Shown here piece by piece: positions 63,440 through 64,000 of a DNA stretch of 64,000 nt. The position numbers were made by a program, and so were the translations under genes. The notes below the pieces were generated by a model, which worked only from the letters and a program-made list of their open reading frames with translations, had not been told where the DNA came from and did no database searches. This DNA comes from Heteronotia binoei (lineage: Eukaryota). The stretch lies in the NCBI RefSeq assembly GCF_032191835.1, contig NC_083225.1, forward strand, positions 164,362,001 through 164,426,000, read 5' to 3'. Position 1 is the first letter of the stretch. Each line of letters begins with the position of its first letter.

Positions 63440-64000
63440 CTCTAACATAGAACCTAAATTTTTGTCTGGACTGTCATGTTCAAGGATACTTTCCACTTTT
63501 GAGAACTCAAGAAATGGAATAGAAAACTGTGGCAAAAGACAAGAACATAAGAGTTTTTGCATAAATGACTGGCCCCCGGCTGAACAAAATACTCTCTCTT
63601 CAAATTTGGTAGTACAGTCAGTCAGAAAACTATTCAAAGTCTCTACACTTCATTATGTCACCTTCAACTAACTTCATTCACATGTTTGAAAGAAATGGAC
63701 TTCTACTCAATCACTTATTCGGTCTGATCATCTCTTAATCCTTGTCAGCCAGTTTTCTGCCTCTAAAGTATATGGGCCTGCTATAGTGTCTGTAGGCAGC
63801 ACCTATTGCTTACATGGGCCCTATTATCCTAATGTCATGGGCCATTAAGAAACAGAATATTTCTTTTCTCTCTACCCAAACCTTTGTAAGCCTTTCAAAT
63901 TATGGTATTATTAAAAGGTATTATTGCAGTCTTTGCATACTAGGTCCCAGTCTGGAAATGTCCTCTAGAGAAAGGTGATACCTGAGTTGTCTGGCAACTG

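Noticed and set aside
63300-64000. 3' end of SAP18 (expected neighbour)
   Set aside because: No SAP18-like peptide was found on the minus strand inside the window.
1-64000. Prokaryotic or viral systems (CRISPR, operons, endogenous viral ORFs)
   Set aside because: No spacer arrays, long intact ORFs or viral hallmark motifs; the window is an intron-rich vertebrate locus.

Overview
Eukaryotic genomic DNA from a squamate reptile, most likely a gecko (inferred from Sauria-type and Squam3-type SINEs, Bov-B, CR1, Penelope and hAT MITEs). There is one assembly gap (N, 15419-16047). The window holds three protein-coding genes in the known vertebrate synteny block. (1) ZDHHC20 (+): coding exons 2-12 at 3024-38155 and a probable terminal exon from 43727; exon 1 lies upstream of the window. 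(2) MRPL57 (-): single coding exon 47594-47908, with non-coding exon 1 in the CpG island near 51745. (3) SKA3 (+): eight coding exons at 54138-61886 and a probable last exon at 63424. MRPL57 and SKA3 share a bidirectional CpG-island promoter carrying BANP, YY1, CCAAT, CHR and GC-box motifs. Most ORF-track entries are TE fragments, antisense noise or gap artefacts. I see no wholly new biological system. The best leads are an in-frame 70-aa alternative ZDHHC20 C-terminus from exon-12 skipping, a CpG-rich transposon in ZDHHC20 intron 3 that mimics an in-frame alternative first exon, several long fold-back TEs next to exons, an apparent 5'UTR intron in SKA3, and apparent loss of SKA3 phosphosites. 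Homolog comparisons are from memory, not from database searches.
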